Source: Parcubacteria bacterium C7867-005 (GTDB lineage Bacteria > Patescibacteriota > Minisyncoccia > Phycocordibacterales > Zambryskibacteraceae). From it: a stretch of DNA of 64,000 nucleotides. The notes under the pieces were generated by a model. That model was not told the origin of the DNA and did not search any database. It saw only the letters and a list, made by a program, of their open reading frames with translations. Location of the stretch: assembly GCA_001189165.1 (NCBI GenBank), contig LFCO01000003.1, forward strand, positions 50,769-114,768, written 5' to 3'. This document shows positions 40,761 to 50,270 of the stretch, one piece after another; within the stretch, counting starts at the first letter, position 1, and every line of letters starts with the position of its first letter. The position numbers and the translations under genes are program-made.

Positions 40761-41579
40761 ATGCCGAATGTGCCCATCAGGATCTTCAACATCGCGAGTA
40801 CCCAGGTGGATCGCGAGGAAGTTCGCAAGTGGCTCGATTTCATCGGGGCAGAAGGATACGAGATCCCCGAAGATGGTGCGGTCACCAACCCCGCATTGCT
40901 CATCGCTCTCGCTGGTCGTCGATGCTACAAGAGCTTCGTGCCGGGTCTCAACCCGAACGTCACGAAGATCCGCAAGGACATGGCGGACTACATCGACAAC
41001 ATCCTCGCGTCGGGCCATGGCTCAGTGCTCGAACACTCGGTCTACACCTTCGCGATCGAGAACGTGAGCCGAGTCTTCACCGGGGAGATGAATCGTCACC
41101 GTGCTGGATGGGCCATCTCGGAAGGTAGCATGCGCTACATCCGATTCACCGACATCGATTGGTGGATGCCGACTTCTCTCCAGGATTCCCCAGATGATTC
41201 GGTGGAGCTTCGGCTTCGCAAGCAACAGAGTCGAGACATCTTCACGGCGGCGTTCAAGATGCAAAGCCAGGCCTACTCGAGCTTGCTCGAGGTCTGGGAC
41301 ATCCCCGAAGGCCATCATGATTTCCACTACAAGAAGGTCGTGACTTCCTGCCTGCGTCGCATCGTCGGCATGGGTGTCGCCACAGGAGGAATCTGGACCG
41401 GCAACATCCGAGCCATCCGCCACGTCATCACCATGAGGGCTGATTCGGCGGCCGAGGAGGAGATCTTCTATGTCTTCTCAAACATCCTCAAGATGATGGC
41501 GGAGAAGGAGCCCATGCTCTTCGGTGACTTCAAGCAGAACGAGAGTGGCTCTTGGGTGCCTGAATACAGGAAGGTGTGA
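40761..41579 (+). CDS. thyX: FAD-dependent thymidylate synthase
   Basis: GHGSVLEH, VSRVFTGEMNRHR....SEGSMRY ThyX motif; AGGAG RBS before ATG 40761. Confidence 0.9.
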   Translation: MPNVPIRIFNIASTQVDREEVRKWLDFIGAEGYEIPEDGAVTNPALLIALAGRRCYKSFVPGLNPNVTKIRKDMADYIDNILASGHGSVLEHSVYTFAIENVSRVFTGEMNRHRAGWAISEGSMRYIRFTDIDWWMPTSLQDSPDDSVELRLRKQQSRDIFTAAFKMQSQAYSSLLEVWDIPEGHHDFHYKKVVTSCLRRIVGMGVATGGIWTGNIRAIRHVITMRADSAAEEEIFYVFSNILKMMAEKEPMLFGDFKQNESGSWVPEYRKV

Positions 41580-41644
41580 CCAAACCCCATGACGTAGCGC
41601 GTCGTGGGGTTCTTAATTTATTTTTAATTTGTTATATTTACTAA

Positions 41645-42316
41645 ATGGCCCTATCAGACAAACGTATTTTGGAAGAAATCAAAAAAGGAGACATAGTCGT
41701 CGAGCCCTTTCGCAAGGAAAACCTGGCTACGTCAAGCTACGATGTGACCCTGGGAGAATTTTATTTTAGGGAACAAAGACCGAAGCATCTTTATAATATT
41801 TACAATATCTACGACAAACGACACACCGATCATGTGTGGGGTACTGTGGCGCATAAAGCTGAAACAGCGAGAGAAGTTTTCCAAGATGTGAAGTTCGACT
41901 ACATAGGCATAAAACCAAACGACAAGATTATCTTGCTTGAACCTGGAGAAACAATCCTCGCACATACTAATGAATTCATCGGCGGCAAACACCACATCAC
42001 CACCATGATGAAAGCGAGGTCTTCTTTGGGTAGAAATTTTATCGAGGTGTGCAAATGTGCTGGTTGGGGTGACGTTGGTTTTACAAACAGATGGACCATG
42101 GAGATCACCAACAACTCTTCACACTACTCTATTCCCCTCGTGGTTGGCAGACGCATCGCCCAGATTATATTCTTTGAGACCGGAGAGATACTTAAGAGTG
42201 ATTATACAAAACTTGGTAAATACCAAACTACGAACGACATTAAACAAATGAAAAGGGACTGGAAGCCTGACAGTATGCTCCCAAGACTTTACACGGACAG
42301 AGATATAAAGAAATAA
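41645..42316 (+). CDS. dcd: dCTP deaminase
   Basis: LSDKRI, SYDVTLG, ARSSLGR, GWGDVGF..RWTMEI.N, RIAQIIF. Confidence 0.88.
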   Translation: MALSDKRILEEIKKGDIVVEPFRKENLATSSYDVTLGEFYFREQRPKHLYNIYNIYDKRHTDHVWGTVAHKAETAREVFQDVKFDYIGIKPNDKIILLEPGETILAHTNEFIGGKHHITTMMKARSSLGRNFIEVCKCAGWGDVGFTNRWTMEITNNSSHYSIPLVVGRRIAQIIFFETGEILKSDYTKLGKYQTTNDIKQMKRDWKPDSMLPRLYTDRDIKK

Positions 42317-42326
42317 TCTCCACAAC

Positions 42327-42361
42327 AAAAGCCCCGCTCCGGTTTCGGAACGGGGCTTTTG
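42327..42361. terminator. Bidirectional terminator between dcd and rplK
   Basis: AAAAGCCCCG...CGGGGCTTTT hairpin between convergent genes. Confidence 0.75.
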
Positions 42362-42371
42362 CATTTAAATC

Positions 42372-42797
42372 TTATCCTTTGATGTCTACACCCATGCTTC
42401 GAGCAGTACCGGAGATAATCTTCATCGCTCCGTCTATATCGTTTGCATTCAGGTCTGGCATTTTCTTCTCTGCGATCTGTTTTACCTGAGCTTTAGTGAT
42501 CGAACCAATCTTTGCTGAATTAGGTTTACCCGAACCCTTTTCTTGACCAAGGACTTTCAAAATAAGATTTGAAGCTGGTTCAGTTTTGTAAGTCATGTGG
42601 TAGCTTCTGTCCTCATAGATCTCTACCACGGTGGGGACTATCTCTCCAACACGATCTTTGGTCTCATCATTAAAGCGTTTGACGAATTCACCGATCTGAA
42701 TACCGGCACCTCCAAGTACTGGGCCAAGGGCCTGTCCAGGGACGGCCTTGCCCCCAGGAATCTGTAATTTAAGTATTTTTGTAACTTTCTTTGCCAT
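42372..42797 (-). CDS. rplK: 50S ribosomal protein L11
   Basis: KLQIPGGKA, KMPDLNA, GTARSMG. Confidence 0.96.
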   Translation of the reverse strand: MAKKVTKILKLQIPGGKAVPGQALGPVLGGAGIQIGEFVKRFNDETKDRVGEIVPTVVEIYEDRSYHMTYKTEPASNLILKVLGQEKGSGKPNSAKIGSITKAQVKQIAEKKMPDLNANDIDGAMKIISGTARSMGVDIKG

Positions 42798-42818
42798 ATA
42801 AGTAGAAAATAGAGTACC

Positions 42819-43364
42819 TTACATCTTCTTCACTTGCAAGAAGTCTAGTTCGACCGGAGTTTCGCGCCCGAACATAGATACGAGGACTTTGACCTTGCCC
42901 CTCTCTTCATCTACCTCACTAACCCTACCTTCAAGATCCTTGAAGGGTCCATCAGTGATCTGGACGGCATCATCTTGGACCAAGTTTATAGTGTGCATAA
43001 CCTTGTCTCCGCTCATACGAGAGAATAGGGACTCAACCTCCTTAGGATCAATGGGTACAGGATACACACCAGAGCCGACGAAGCCGGTAACACGAGGAGT
43101 GTTTCGGACCACGTACCAAGAATCGTCAGTCACTATCATGTCTACCAAGATATATCCTGGATAGATTTTTTCCTCTTCTTCTACTCTCTTGCCCCCTTTG
43201 ATTTTGATCTTCTTTTCTGTAGGAACAACAACGTTAAAGATCTTGTCCTCCATGCCCAAAGATTCAATGCGCTGTTTGAGGTTTCTCATCACCGCGTTCT
43301 CATATCCAGCATAAGTATGGATGACGTACCAGTTTCTACCTTCAGAAAGTTTTTGTTTTGTCAT
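42819..43364 (-). CDS. nusG: Transcription factor NusG
   Basis: WYVIHTYAGYE, PGYILV, TPRVTGFVG, KOW motif, FGRETPVEL. Confidence 0.97.
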   Translation of the reverse strand: MTKQKLSEGRNWYVIHTYAGYENAVMRNLKQRIESLGMEDKIFNVVVPTEKKIKIKGGKRVEEEEKIYPGYILVDMIVTDDSWYVVRNTPRVTGFVGSGVYPVPIDPKEVESLFSRMSGDKVMHTINLVQDDAVQITDGPFKDLEGRVSEVDEERGKVKVLVSMFGRETPVELDFLQVKKM

Positions 43365-43376
43365 GACAAGGATATT

Positions 43377-43559
43377 TTAGAGAACGAATTTTTGTAAGAT
43401 GAGAGAGAAAATATAGTCAAAAAATCCAAGATAGATGGAGACGAAAACAGATACCAAGATCACTACCACAGTAAAAGCGATCGTCTGTTTACGAGTTGGC
43501 CAAGAGACGTGTTTGAGTTCACCGCGTGTATCGCGCAAGTAATTGATGAGGTTTGACAT
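43377..43559 (-). CDS. secE: Preprotein translocase SecE
   Basis: ELKHVSWPTR followed by a TM helix; secE-nusG-rplK synteny. Confidence 0.93.
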   Translation of the reverse strand: MSNLINYLRDTRGELKHVSWPTRKQTIAFTVVVILVSVFVSIYLGFFDYIFSLILQKFVL

Positions 43560-43637
43560 TTTGTATTAAAAAACGCCCCTTCGGCGTTTCTTAATCATAC
43601 TATAAGTCTATTCAGTATGTCAAACAGGTAACTTGGA

Positions 43638-44429
43638 CTAGCGTATCTCGTAGGTTACGGTCACATTGGCCGTAGTCTTGTTTTCTCCTACTGGTAGAGT
43701 TGGGGCGGAAGCCACAGAAGACTTCATCATATCCCCTCCCATCCCCTCACCATACATTGGATATCCACCAAAGTTATTATCGTAGTAACCAACAACTCGG
43801 ACAAGTCTCACTCCAAGTTTCTTACTGAGTTCTTTGGCTTTTTCTTTGGCATCCTCTATAGCCGCATCTCTTGCCTCCTTCATAACCATATCTGGATCAT
43901 CAGTGGTGAAGTTAAGACCAGAGATATTTGTTGCTCCCTTTGTACCAACAACAGACAGAGCTTTGCCTGCATCATCTGTCTTTCGTACCTTTACGGTGAT
44001 GGAATGACTGACTGTGTAACCATCTGCAATTTGCCTAGATGGATAACAAAGACCAGTTGAACATTCTACTGGTTCATATTTGTATTTTGGCCAAACTGAA
44101 TAATCACTAGTCTTAATATCTTTTTCCTCTATATCTAGAGTGTCGAGTTCTGCGAGAATAGCATCGATCTTGCCGGTAACGCTGTTCTGTGCGTCTGATA
44201 CAGCCTTCGCATCAGCTGACACGGTGAAAGAAAATACAGCCACATCTGGTACAGAAACAGCCTCTCCCTTGCCGTTCACAGAGATCGAATTGTACGCCGG
44301 ACTAACCGTGCGCCATGCTTTCAAAGCACCCAGGGCCTGGAAAGCCAGAAATATGCCCAAGACGAGGACGACCCATGAACCCCATTTAAGGAGTCGCCTT
44401 ACCTCATCTTTCATCAGATTTAAATCCAT
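43638..44429 (-). CDS. SIMPL (DUF541) domain protein
   Basis: ISVNGKGE...VPDVA, AR..AI.DAKEKA..L, GE......VTVTYEI. Confidence 0.85.
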   Translation of the reverse strand: MDLNLMKDEVRRLLKWGSWVVLVLGIFLAFQALGALKAWRTVSPAYNSISVNGKGEAVSVPDVAVFSFTVSADAKAVSDAQNSVTGKIDAILAELDTLDIEEKDIKTSDYSVWPKYKYEPVECSTGLCYPSRQIADGYTVSHSITVKVRKTDDAGKALSVVGTKGATNISGLNFTTDDPDMVMKEARDAAIEDAKEKAKELSKKLGVRLVRVVGYYDNNFGGYPMYGEGMGGDMMKSSVASAPTLPVGENKTTANVTVTYEIR

Positions 44430-44466
44430 TTTATTTATAAATTATGAATAATAGACCTCTATCCTA

Positions 44467-45132
44467 TCATAGAGAGCTCTTACGCCTCAAAAAATCTTTT
44501 TCCTCCAAAAAAATACTGAAGATAAGGACCGAAAAGCTCACACAAAGTATGCCTAGGGCCGTGCCGGCCAAAACATCTAGAGCGAAGTGTGCCCCCAAAT
44601 AAAGTCTGGATATAGATATAGCTCCAGCTCCAAAAACGCAGAACAAAACTATCAAAACCTTGCTCGAAACCGTCTTCATTCGACCAAAAAAGGCATGGGC
44701 GAAAGCAAAGAAAAATGCTGTAGCCACCGTCGCATGTCCACTCGGGAAACTGAAACTCGCCGGGGTGATCAGACCACCAGTGGGTCTGGGCAAATGTATG
44801 GCATTTTTTAAAATGGTGAAAGAAATTATTGAAAGCAAAATAGAAACAATAAAAAGGAGGGTGTCGTACGTATCTCTCTGAAGCACAACCACTATAGCCA
44901 GGATCAAAGCAACAAAGGAAAGCACCAAGGGACTCCCAACATTTGTCACAGTAACCATGATGCCAGTGAGTATGGGGTGCCTGATACGCATCATAAAATC
45001 AGAGACAGCGGTATTTAATGGCAACAACTCACTCCCAGTGATGAGACCGTCGATGATGATAACCAAAGCTAGACCCGACAGGATATAAACAATAAGAAAT
45101 ATTAGATTCTTTGCCCAATTGCGGAAGAGCAT
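44467..45132 (-). CDS. PAP2 family phosphatase
   Basis: K......RP, SFPSGH, SRLYLGAHF..DV motifs. Confidence 0.9.
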   Translation of the reverse strand: MLFRNWAKNLIFLIVYILSGLALVIIIDGLITGSELLPLNTAVSDFMMRIRHPILTGIMVTVTNVGSPLVLSFVALILAIVVVLQRDTYDTLLFIVSILLSIISFTILKNAIHLPRPTGGLITPASFSFPSGHATVATAFFFAFAHAFFGRMKTVSSKVLIVLFCVFGAGAISISRLYLGAHFALDVLAGTALGILCVSFSVLIFSIFLEEKDFLRRKSSL

Positions 45133-45222
45133 GTATAAAGCCTAGCACAAAAATAAAAAAGATGCCCCGACCGATGTGGTCGAGGCTCCGCTCTGTGGCG
45201 GTGTACTACTGTCGGGGTTGTA

Positions 45223-45558
45223 TCAGGAGACTTCTGCCCCCATGTCCTGCTTCCATCGCGTGAGGTGGATGACGATCTCCTCCGATGAACAACGGAAGAG
45301 GCCGACGACCATCGACTCAGGGGCACCGAAATCCCTCAGGAAGGAATCGAAGATGCGATTCCGCTCCTTACGGAGTTCCATGCTGTCATGAGTCGTGCCC
45401 TTACTCCTGAGAAGTTCGTGGAGCTCCTTGAGCCTCGCGATCTTCGTGCTGCCAGCGGTGATGCTCGGATGTTGACCCGGAGCGACACCGGAGAGCCCGA
45501 TCCCGGAATCTACTGCTGCTCCCTGCACTGGCTGGTGCGTCATTCTGACGTACTCCAA
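45223..45558 (-). CDS. Hypothetical protein (GC-rich orphan)
   Basis: 111-aa ORF followed by a hairpin and T-tract; start uncertain. Confidence 0.5.
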   Translation of the reverse strand: MEYVRMTHQPVQGAAVDSGIGLSGVAPGQHPSITAGSTKIARLKELHELLRSKGTTHDSMELRKERNRIFDSFLRDFGAPESMVVGLFRCSSEEIVIHLTRWKQDMGAEVS

Positions 45559-45669
45559 CTGAAGGTAAGTGGAACAAAAAAGTGAGCCCCGATGCTCACT
45601 TCTTCACATTATCAGGCTTATGACACAAAGTCAAGTTAGCCGAAACGCATCACTGTGGAAAACGCTTCC

Positions 45670-46032
45670 TTAGTTTCTATTTTTATAGAAATAATAGAGT
45701 GCGAGAGGTGCTGCCCAGTTCGCAAACCTTTCGATGAAGTCCCACACTGGCATACCCACCAATGGTCGGACGAGTGCTGTCCAAAAACCCCAGAAAGCCA
45801 TCCACAAAAGAACAGGACGAATAGGTTTGAACAAAACTATAAGGGCCATGAGCACATCCATGATACCGACTACAAAAATAAACTGTGCGGCCATCTCTGC
45901 ATTCATACCTGAGAGTTCCTGTGTCCATTTGATCCAATCTGCTTTTCCTAATAGAGCAAAAACTCCGTGACCAAGAAATTCACCGGCGACGCCGATCCTC
46001 AGAATCCACTCGATCTTTTTTTCGTTTGACAT
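45670..46032 (-). CDS. DoxX-like membrane protein
   Basis: LRIGVAGEFLGHG...W....A..RP......ERFANW.APL. Confidence 0.65.
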   Translation of the reverse strand: MSNEKKIEWILRIGVAGEFLGHGVFALLGKADWIKWTQELSGMNAEMAAQFIFVVGIMDVLMALIVLFKPIRPVLLWMAFWGFWTALVRPLVGMPVWDFIERFANWAAPLALYYFYKNRN

Positions 46033-46184
46033 AATTAAAAATTATTTGTAATTCCTCTTAACATTCTATCAGTATTAAATTTTCGTGTACCTAAAAGGTG
46101 GATATGCTGTGCTAGCACTTTGAGATCATAGGAGTAACATATAGGGGAAAGGGCTTGTTTATAAATAAAACAAAAATTAATAAC

Positions 46185-46550
46185 ATGCAACCAAACCACT
46201 ACTACGGCGACAAAGTGAGATCTCTACTCATCGGTGCCGGCATAATCATGATCCTCACCATGCCTTTCTTTTCTGGCCTTTTACCAAAGCCTGCATTCTT
46301 CTCCATCTTGGCAGTATTGTTGTTAGTTGTTTTAAGTGGCCTCATCAGTCCAGCACAAAAAGTTTTAGTGGCACTTACCACACTAGTATCAGCTGGAGCA
46401 TTCATAGCATTTGAATACTATGCTGTAAGTGCTTCTCAAATGTACGGCTCGGGGAGTCCGTTCTTTTTGGTTAATCAACTCCTTGCTCTTATCTTCCTTT
46501 TGGCAACCTATTTTGGCACAAAAAGTATCAGAGGAATTACTCAGGCATAA
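46185..46550 (+). CDS. Hypothetical 4-TM membrane protein
   Basis: HYYGDKVR.L, four hydrophobic segments. Confidence 0.65.
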   Translation: MQPNHYYGDKVRSLLIGAGIIMILTMPFFSGLLPKPAFFSILAVLLLVVLSGLISPAQKVLVALTTLVSAGAFIAFEYYAVSASQMYGSGSPFFLVNQLLALIFLLATYFGTKSIRGITQA

Positions 46551-46609
46551 AACAAAACTTCTACAGTGAAAACAAAAAACTCTGCATAAGGCAGGGTTTT
46601 TGTTTTCAT

Positions 46610-46683
46610 GGGTGCCCACCGGGAATCGAACCCGAATTGCAAGTTCCACAAACTTGAGTGTTAACCGTTACACCATGGGCACC
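46610..46683 (-). tRNA. tRNA-His(GTG)
   Basis: GGTGCCCATGGTGTAACGG...CAAGT-TTGTGGA-ACTTG...GGTTCGATTCC...TGGGCACC, encoded G-1. Confidence 0.93.
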
Positions 46684-46698
46684 ATTATTCGCACAAAA

Positions 46699-47250
46699 CT
46701 AATTATAGCTCGGAGCGGTCTCCTTTATACCAGATTTATGGTTCGAGAGTCGAGCCAGCGCATAAAGGATGCTCGACAATCTGTTCATAAAACTCAAAGT
46801 CTCTTTTTTGGGTAAAACTATTTTTTCTTCACTGACTCCCACAACTCTCCTCTCTGCTCTACGGGCGATTGTTCGAGCTACATCAAAACATGCTCCCAAC
46901 TCTGAGCCACCAGAAATAAAGAATGTTTTTATTGGTGGCATCTCCCCTTCTGCTTGGTTGATGAGGTTCTCTACCAAAGTAACCTTATCAGGAGTTATAA
47001 ACTTATCTGCACCAGCTATTTCAGCTTGAACAGTGAAGAGATTTTCTTGAAGCATGTGAACTATCTCTTCAAAAGTTTTATCTCCGAGAGTAAAACCAGA
47101 TTCTTTTGATTTAACCTTGCAGATACCCAAGTAGGAATTTATTTCGTCCAAAGATCCGAGTGCTTCGGCGATAGATGAACTCTTAGAAACCCTTTGGTCA
47201 CAGCCAAAGGTCTTTGTAGTACCATCATCACCTTTTCTTGTGTACAACAT
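46699..47250 (-). CDS. ATP:cob(I)alamin adenosyltransferase (PduO type)
   Basis: YTRKGDDGTT, G.LDEINSYLG, ARTIARRAER, NRLSS.L..LAR. Confidence 0.9.
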   Translation of the reverse strand: MLYTRKGDDGTTKTFGCDQRVSKSSSIAEALGSLDEINSYLGICKVKSKESGFTLGDKTFEEIVHMLQENLFTVQAEIAGADKFITPDKVTLVENLINQAEGEMPPIKTFFISGGSELGACFDVARTIARRAERRVVGVSEEKIVLPKKETLSFMNRLSSILYALARLSNHKSGIKETAPSYN

Positions 47251-47334
47251 GGTGCTCGGGAGAGGATTTGAACCTCCATGCCTCTCGGCGCTACCACCTC
47301 AAGGTAGTGCGTCTACCAATTTCGCCACCCGAGC
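47250..47334 (-). tRNA. tRNA-Leu(GAG)
   Basis: GCTCGGGTGGCGAAATTGGTAGACGCA-CTACC-TTGAGGT-GGTAG, long variable arm, ...CCCGAGCACCA. Confidence 0.95.
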
Positions 47335-47360
47335 ATGGGCAAACAGTAACAGGAAACAGA

Positions 47361-47747
47361 TTACGCTTCAACCGGAGTTTCTTCTGCTGTATCCTTGGCC
47401 ATACGAACATTTCGCATCTGCCTTCTGATATCCTTGGCTGCCTTGTCTCTGATGTGGTATAGCTTGGCGCGACGAACCTTAGAACGTTTAATGACTTCTA
47501 TCTTGTCTATCGCTGGAGAATAAAGGAGGAAAGTTTTTTCTACCCCTACACCAGATGCGACTCGACGAACAGTGAAAGTGGCACCAGCTTCGCGCCCGTG
47601 CTTGCGAGCTAGTACCAAGCCCTCAAATGCCTGGAGACGAGTCTTGCCCTTCTCTTGGATTTTCTGCCAAACACGAATAGTGTCTCCAGAACGGAGATCG
47701 AGCTTGCTCCTCTCTTCTACTTTTATTGGTGAATGCACTGTGGTCAT
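47361..47747 (-). CDS. rplS: 50S ribosomal protein L19
   Basis: [37 protein letters not shown]. Confidence 0.96.
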   Translation of the reverse strand: MTTVHSPIKVEERSKLDLRSGDTIRVWQKIQEKGKTRLQAFEGLVLARKHGREAGATFTVRRVASGVGVEKTFLLYSPAIDKIEVIKRSKVRRAKLYHIRDKAAKDIRRQMRNVRMAKDTAEETPVEA

Positions 47748-47777
47748 AAGTCAGAGTAATCTAACATAAGGAATACC

Positions 47778-48521
47778 CTATGGCAAATCTTTGGGAACAT
47801 AGTTTATAGCCTCAAAAGCCTTCAAGAAGTCCTCCGGATAATCTGCTTTTATTGATTTGACCATGCCCTGAAAATCCTTGAATTCAACCTTTCGGGCATG
47901 GAGAGCAAGACGATTAAACCCCAAGAGGGCTGGTTTTGATGCTCCGTAAAGTTTGTCGCAGACAACCGGTCTCTGAAGCGATTGAAAATGAACACGAATC
48001 TGATGAGTACGTCCTGTCTTTGGTTTGGCCTCCACAAGGGTCACATCCTTGTCTCGCTTTAGAACCTGATAATAAGTTACCGCCTCTCTCATCTCCCCCG
48101 TTGCACCACGGCCAGCTGAATATTTACGGAAATCTGTTGGACTCTTGCCGATAGATGTATTCAGGGTTCCATGATCATCCTTTAGAGAACCGTGCACAAA
48201 AGCAATATATGTTTTACTGATAATACGTTTTAAAAATTGATTCTTTAGATGCTCAAAACCTTTTTGGGTCTTGGCCAGTAAAAGTACTCCGGAAGTATCC
48301 CTGTCCAAGCGGTGGACTACCCCGCTTCTGTCTATTATCTCTCCGCCCTCGAGTCTGATCATCTCTCCTACCCCTCGAGCTTCTGGGTACTTAGAACAAA
48401 ACCATTCTGAGACGCTTGATTCTTTGGTTCGCCCATCTCCATGAACAACAATCCCTGACGGTTTGTCCAAGGCCAAGATGTCTTCGTCTTCAAAGATAAT
48501 GCGGTCTGATAAATCAAACAT
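47778..48521 (-). CDS. RluA/RluD family pseudouridine synthase
   Basis: DKPSGIVVH, VHRLDRDTSG, TGRTHQIRVH, LALHA; start ATG 48521 just after tRNA-Val. Confidence 0.92.
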   Translation of the reverse strand: MFDLSDRIIFEDEDILALDKPSGIVVHGDGRTKESSVSEWFCSKYPEARGVGEMIRLEGGEIIDRSGVVHRLDRDTSGVLLLAKTQKGFEHLKNQFLKRIISKTYIAFVHGSLKDDHGTLNTSIGKSPTDFRKYSAGRGATGEMREAVTYYQVLKRDKDVTLVEAKPKTGRTHQIRVHFQSLQRPVVCDKLYGASKPALLGFNRLALHARKVEFKDFQGMVKSIKADYPEDFLKAFEAINYVPKDLP

Positions 48522-48523
48522 TG

Positions 48524-48596
48524 TGGGCGATACAGGACTCGAACCTGTGACCTTCTCAGTGTAAATGAGTTGCTCTACCAACTGAGCTAATCGCCC
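48524..48596 (-). tRNA. tRNA-Val(TAC)
   Basis: GGGCGATTAGCTCAGTTGGTAGAGCA..CTCA-TTTACAC-TGAG..GGTTCGAGTCC..ATCGCCCA. Confidence 0.95.
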
Positions 48597-48656
48597 TAGA
48601 TATGCTCGGGAAACCCCGATGGAAGGATACTAACATATAATGTATTGTCTTTAAAT

Positions 48657-48741
48657 GAGCATGTGGCGGAACTGGTATACGCGTACGATTCAGAATCGTA
48701 TGCCGCAAGGCTTGAGGGTTCAAATCCCTCCATGCTCACCA
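48657..48741 (+). tRNA. tRNA-Leu(CAG)
   Basis: GAGCATGTGGCGGAACTGG..TACGA-TTCAGAA-TCGTA..GGTTCAAATCC..CATGCTCACCA. Confidence 0.95.
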
Positions 48742-48798
48742 AACAAAAAACACCCGATCAAAGACAAAGGGTGTTTTTTGTTTGTAGAAACAGATAGA

Positions 48799-49176
48799 TT
48801 ACATTTGTGGCATACTCTGCGCCATACCCTGGCCCTTGCGAGCCTTGAGTCCAGAAACGAGGATAACCAAACCTAGGACCAAGTGAAGCCAGTTGTCTGC
48901 GCCGTTCACATGGATAAGTCCTAGAACTGATTCAGAACTAGACATAAAACCAAGTAGAGCAACCAAAAGATAGATTACCCCGAACACTACCAGAGCAGTG
49001 CCCGCCTTAGCTTGTGATTTGTATGCTACCCAAAGCAGGACAACACCCGAAAGAAGGTGAACGATGTTGTGGTTTAAATCAGTTTGGAACAATGATTCTG
49101 TTCCGCCAATGATTGGATTAGGAATAAATCCAAGAATACCAACGACGAGGAACACCCAACCGAATAGCTTTGCCAT
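48799..49176 (-). CDS. DUF4383-like membrane protein
   Basis: GILGFIP, HNIVHLLSG, ADNWLHL motifs. Confidence 0.75.
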   Translation of the reverse strand: MAKLFGWVFLVVGILGFIPNPIIGGTESLFQTDLNHNIVHLLSGVVLLWVAYKSQAKAGTALVVFGVIYLLVALLGFMSSSESVLGLIHVNGADNWLHLVLGLVILVSGLKARKGQGMAQSMPQM

Positions 49177-49275
49177 AAAATAATTAAACTCGTTAATACT
49201 AATTTTCCGACCCTTACATTATACAACCAGAAAATACCGCAAATAGATTATCCGCAGAAATTGTTGATAAGCGAT

Positions 49276-49350
49276 TGGTGTCCCTGGCAGGAATCGAACC
49301 TACATCAAAGCCTTAGAAGAGCTCTGTTCTATCCATTGAACTACAGGGAC
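49276..49350 (-). tRNA. tRNA-Arg(TCT)
   Basis: GTCCCTGTAGTTCAATGGATAGAAC..GAGCT-CTTCTAA-GGCTT..GGTTCGATTCC..CAGGGACACCA. Confidence 0.93.
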
Positions 49351-49371
49351 GCAAGGAAGATAGTACCCGCA

Positions 49372-49704
49372 CTAGAGGGTCGGGTCAACGGTACTATCCT
49401 TAGTTTTCTTTATTTCCTCGAATATTTTAGCTCTATTTTCATAATATCTCACTGTCTTTTTTAGAGTGATTAGATCAAGGGTTGACTGGATTTCTGGTTC
49501 CTTTTTATCGGCCATAAATATCCCTCCTTGTGATATCTTCACGAACATATATACCCCCAATACTGCCATCAGGAAGGTTAGTAAAATGAGCCCGACAAAT
49601 ATAGCCTTCCAATCAGCATTCGGGCTGACACCGAAACCAAATAGTTTTCCGTTCTTATGGAGATGCAAATTTAGGTCGAGTTTTTTCATATTATTTAAAG
49701 ACAT
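49372..49704 (-). CDS. Hypothetical single-TM protein, last gene of the pilM cluster
   Basis: One TM helix; overlaps the upstream gene. Confidence 0.6.
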   Translation of the reverse strand: MSLNNMKKLDLNLHLHKNGKLFGFGVSPNADWKAIFVGLILLTFLMAVLGVYMFVKISQGGIFMADKKEPEIQSTLDLITLKKTVRYYENRAKIFEEIKKTKDSTVDPTL

Positions 49705-50266
49705 TAATCGAGAGACTCGTTGTCATCCTCCAGATTTTTCCGTTTGGTGTCTTCCCTCCTGTATCATCAAACATAGCTTCAGAAGAAGCTCCCTGTCCAT
49801 ATACGAGGGTAATACTTTCTATAGATGCATGCATAGGGAGATTCTCTAGTGCGTGCAGGAAGCCTATATTTGCTTGCCAAGAACCGTCTGTTTCCATGTT
49901 AACTTTAACTAAATTCTGATTTGTTGCTTTGGCTTTTGGGTCCAGCTTGTCTGGAGAAACAGAAACTGTTTTGGTCTTGAGCCCCATTCCCCTCCCTGTG
50001 TTTTCTATGACTTCAATAAAAGGAACGAGTGTTTCTTCGTTTACAGATACTCCTTCGAGCTTGGCGATGTCTTCCTTGTGGCTATTCCTCATCGCCCGAA
50101 TTGTTTGTACCAAGTTGTCTCTCTCTGTGCGAGCATCCGTTTCATTCAGCAACGCAGAAGTTTCGTGAGATTTAGTACGAATATAATATATTTCATATCC
50201 AAAAACCAATACCAGTAAGATGGTTAGGAAAACTGAACTGAACAATAGTGTTTTGGTTTTTGACAT
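49691..50266 (-). CDS. PilO-like type IV pilus assembly protein
   Basis: TM, coiled coil and ferredoxin-like GSW....FLHALENLP motif; follows the PilN-like gene. Confidence 0.65.
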   Translation of the reverse strand: MSKTKTLLFSSVFLTILLVLVFGYEIYYIRTKSHETSALLNETDARTERDNLVQTIRAMRNSHKEDIAKLEGVSVNEETLVPFIEVIENTGRGMGLKTKTVSVSPDKLDPKAKATNQNLVKVNMETDGSWQANIGFLHALENLPMHASIESITLVYGQGASSEAMFDDTGGKTPNGKIWRMTTSLSINVFK

Positions 50267-50270
50267 AAAA

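Noticed and set aside
48522-48581. N-terminal extension of the RluA-family ORF
   Set aside because: Lies entirely within tRNA-Val
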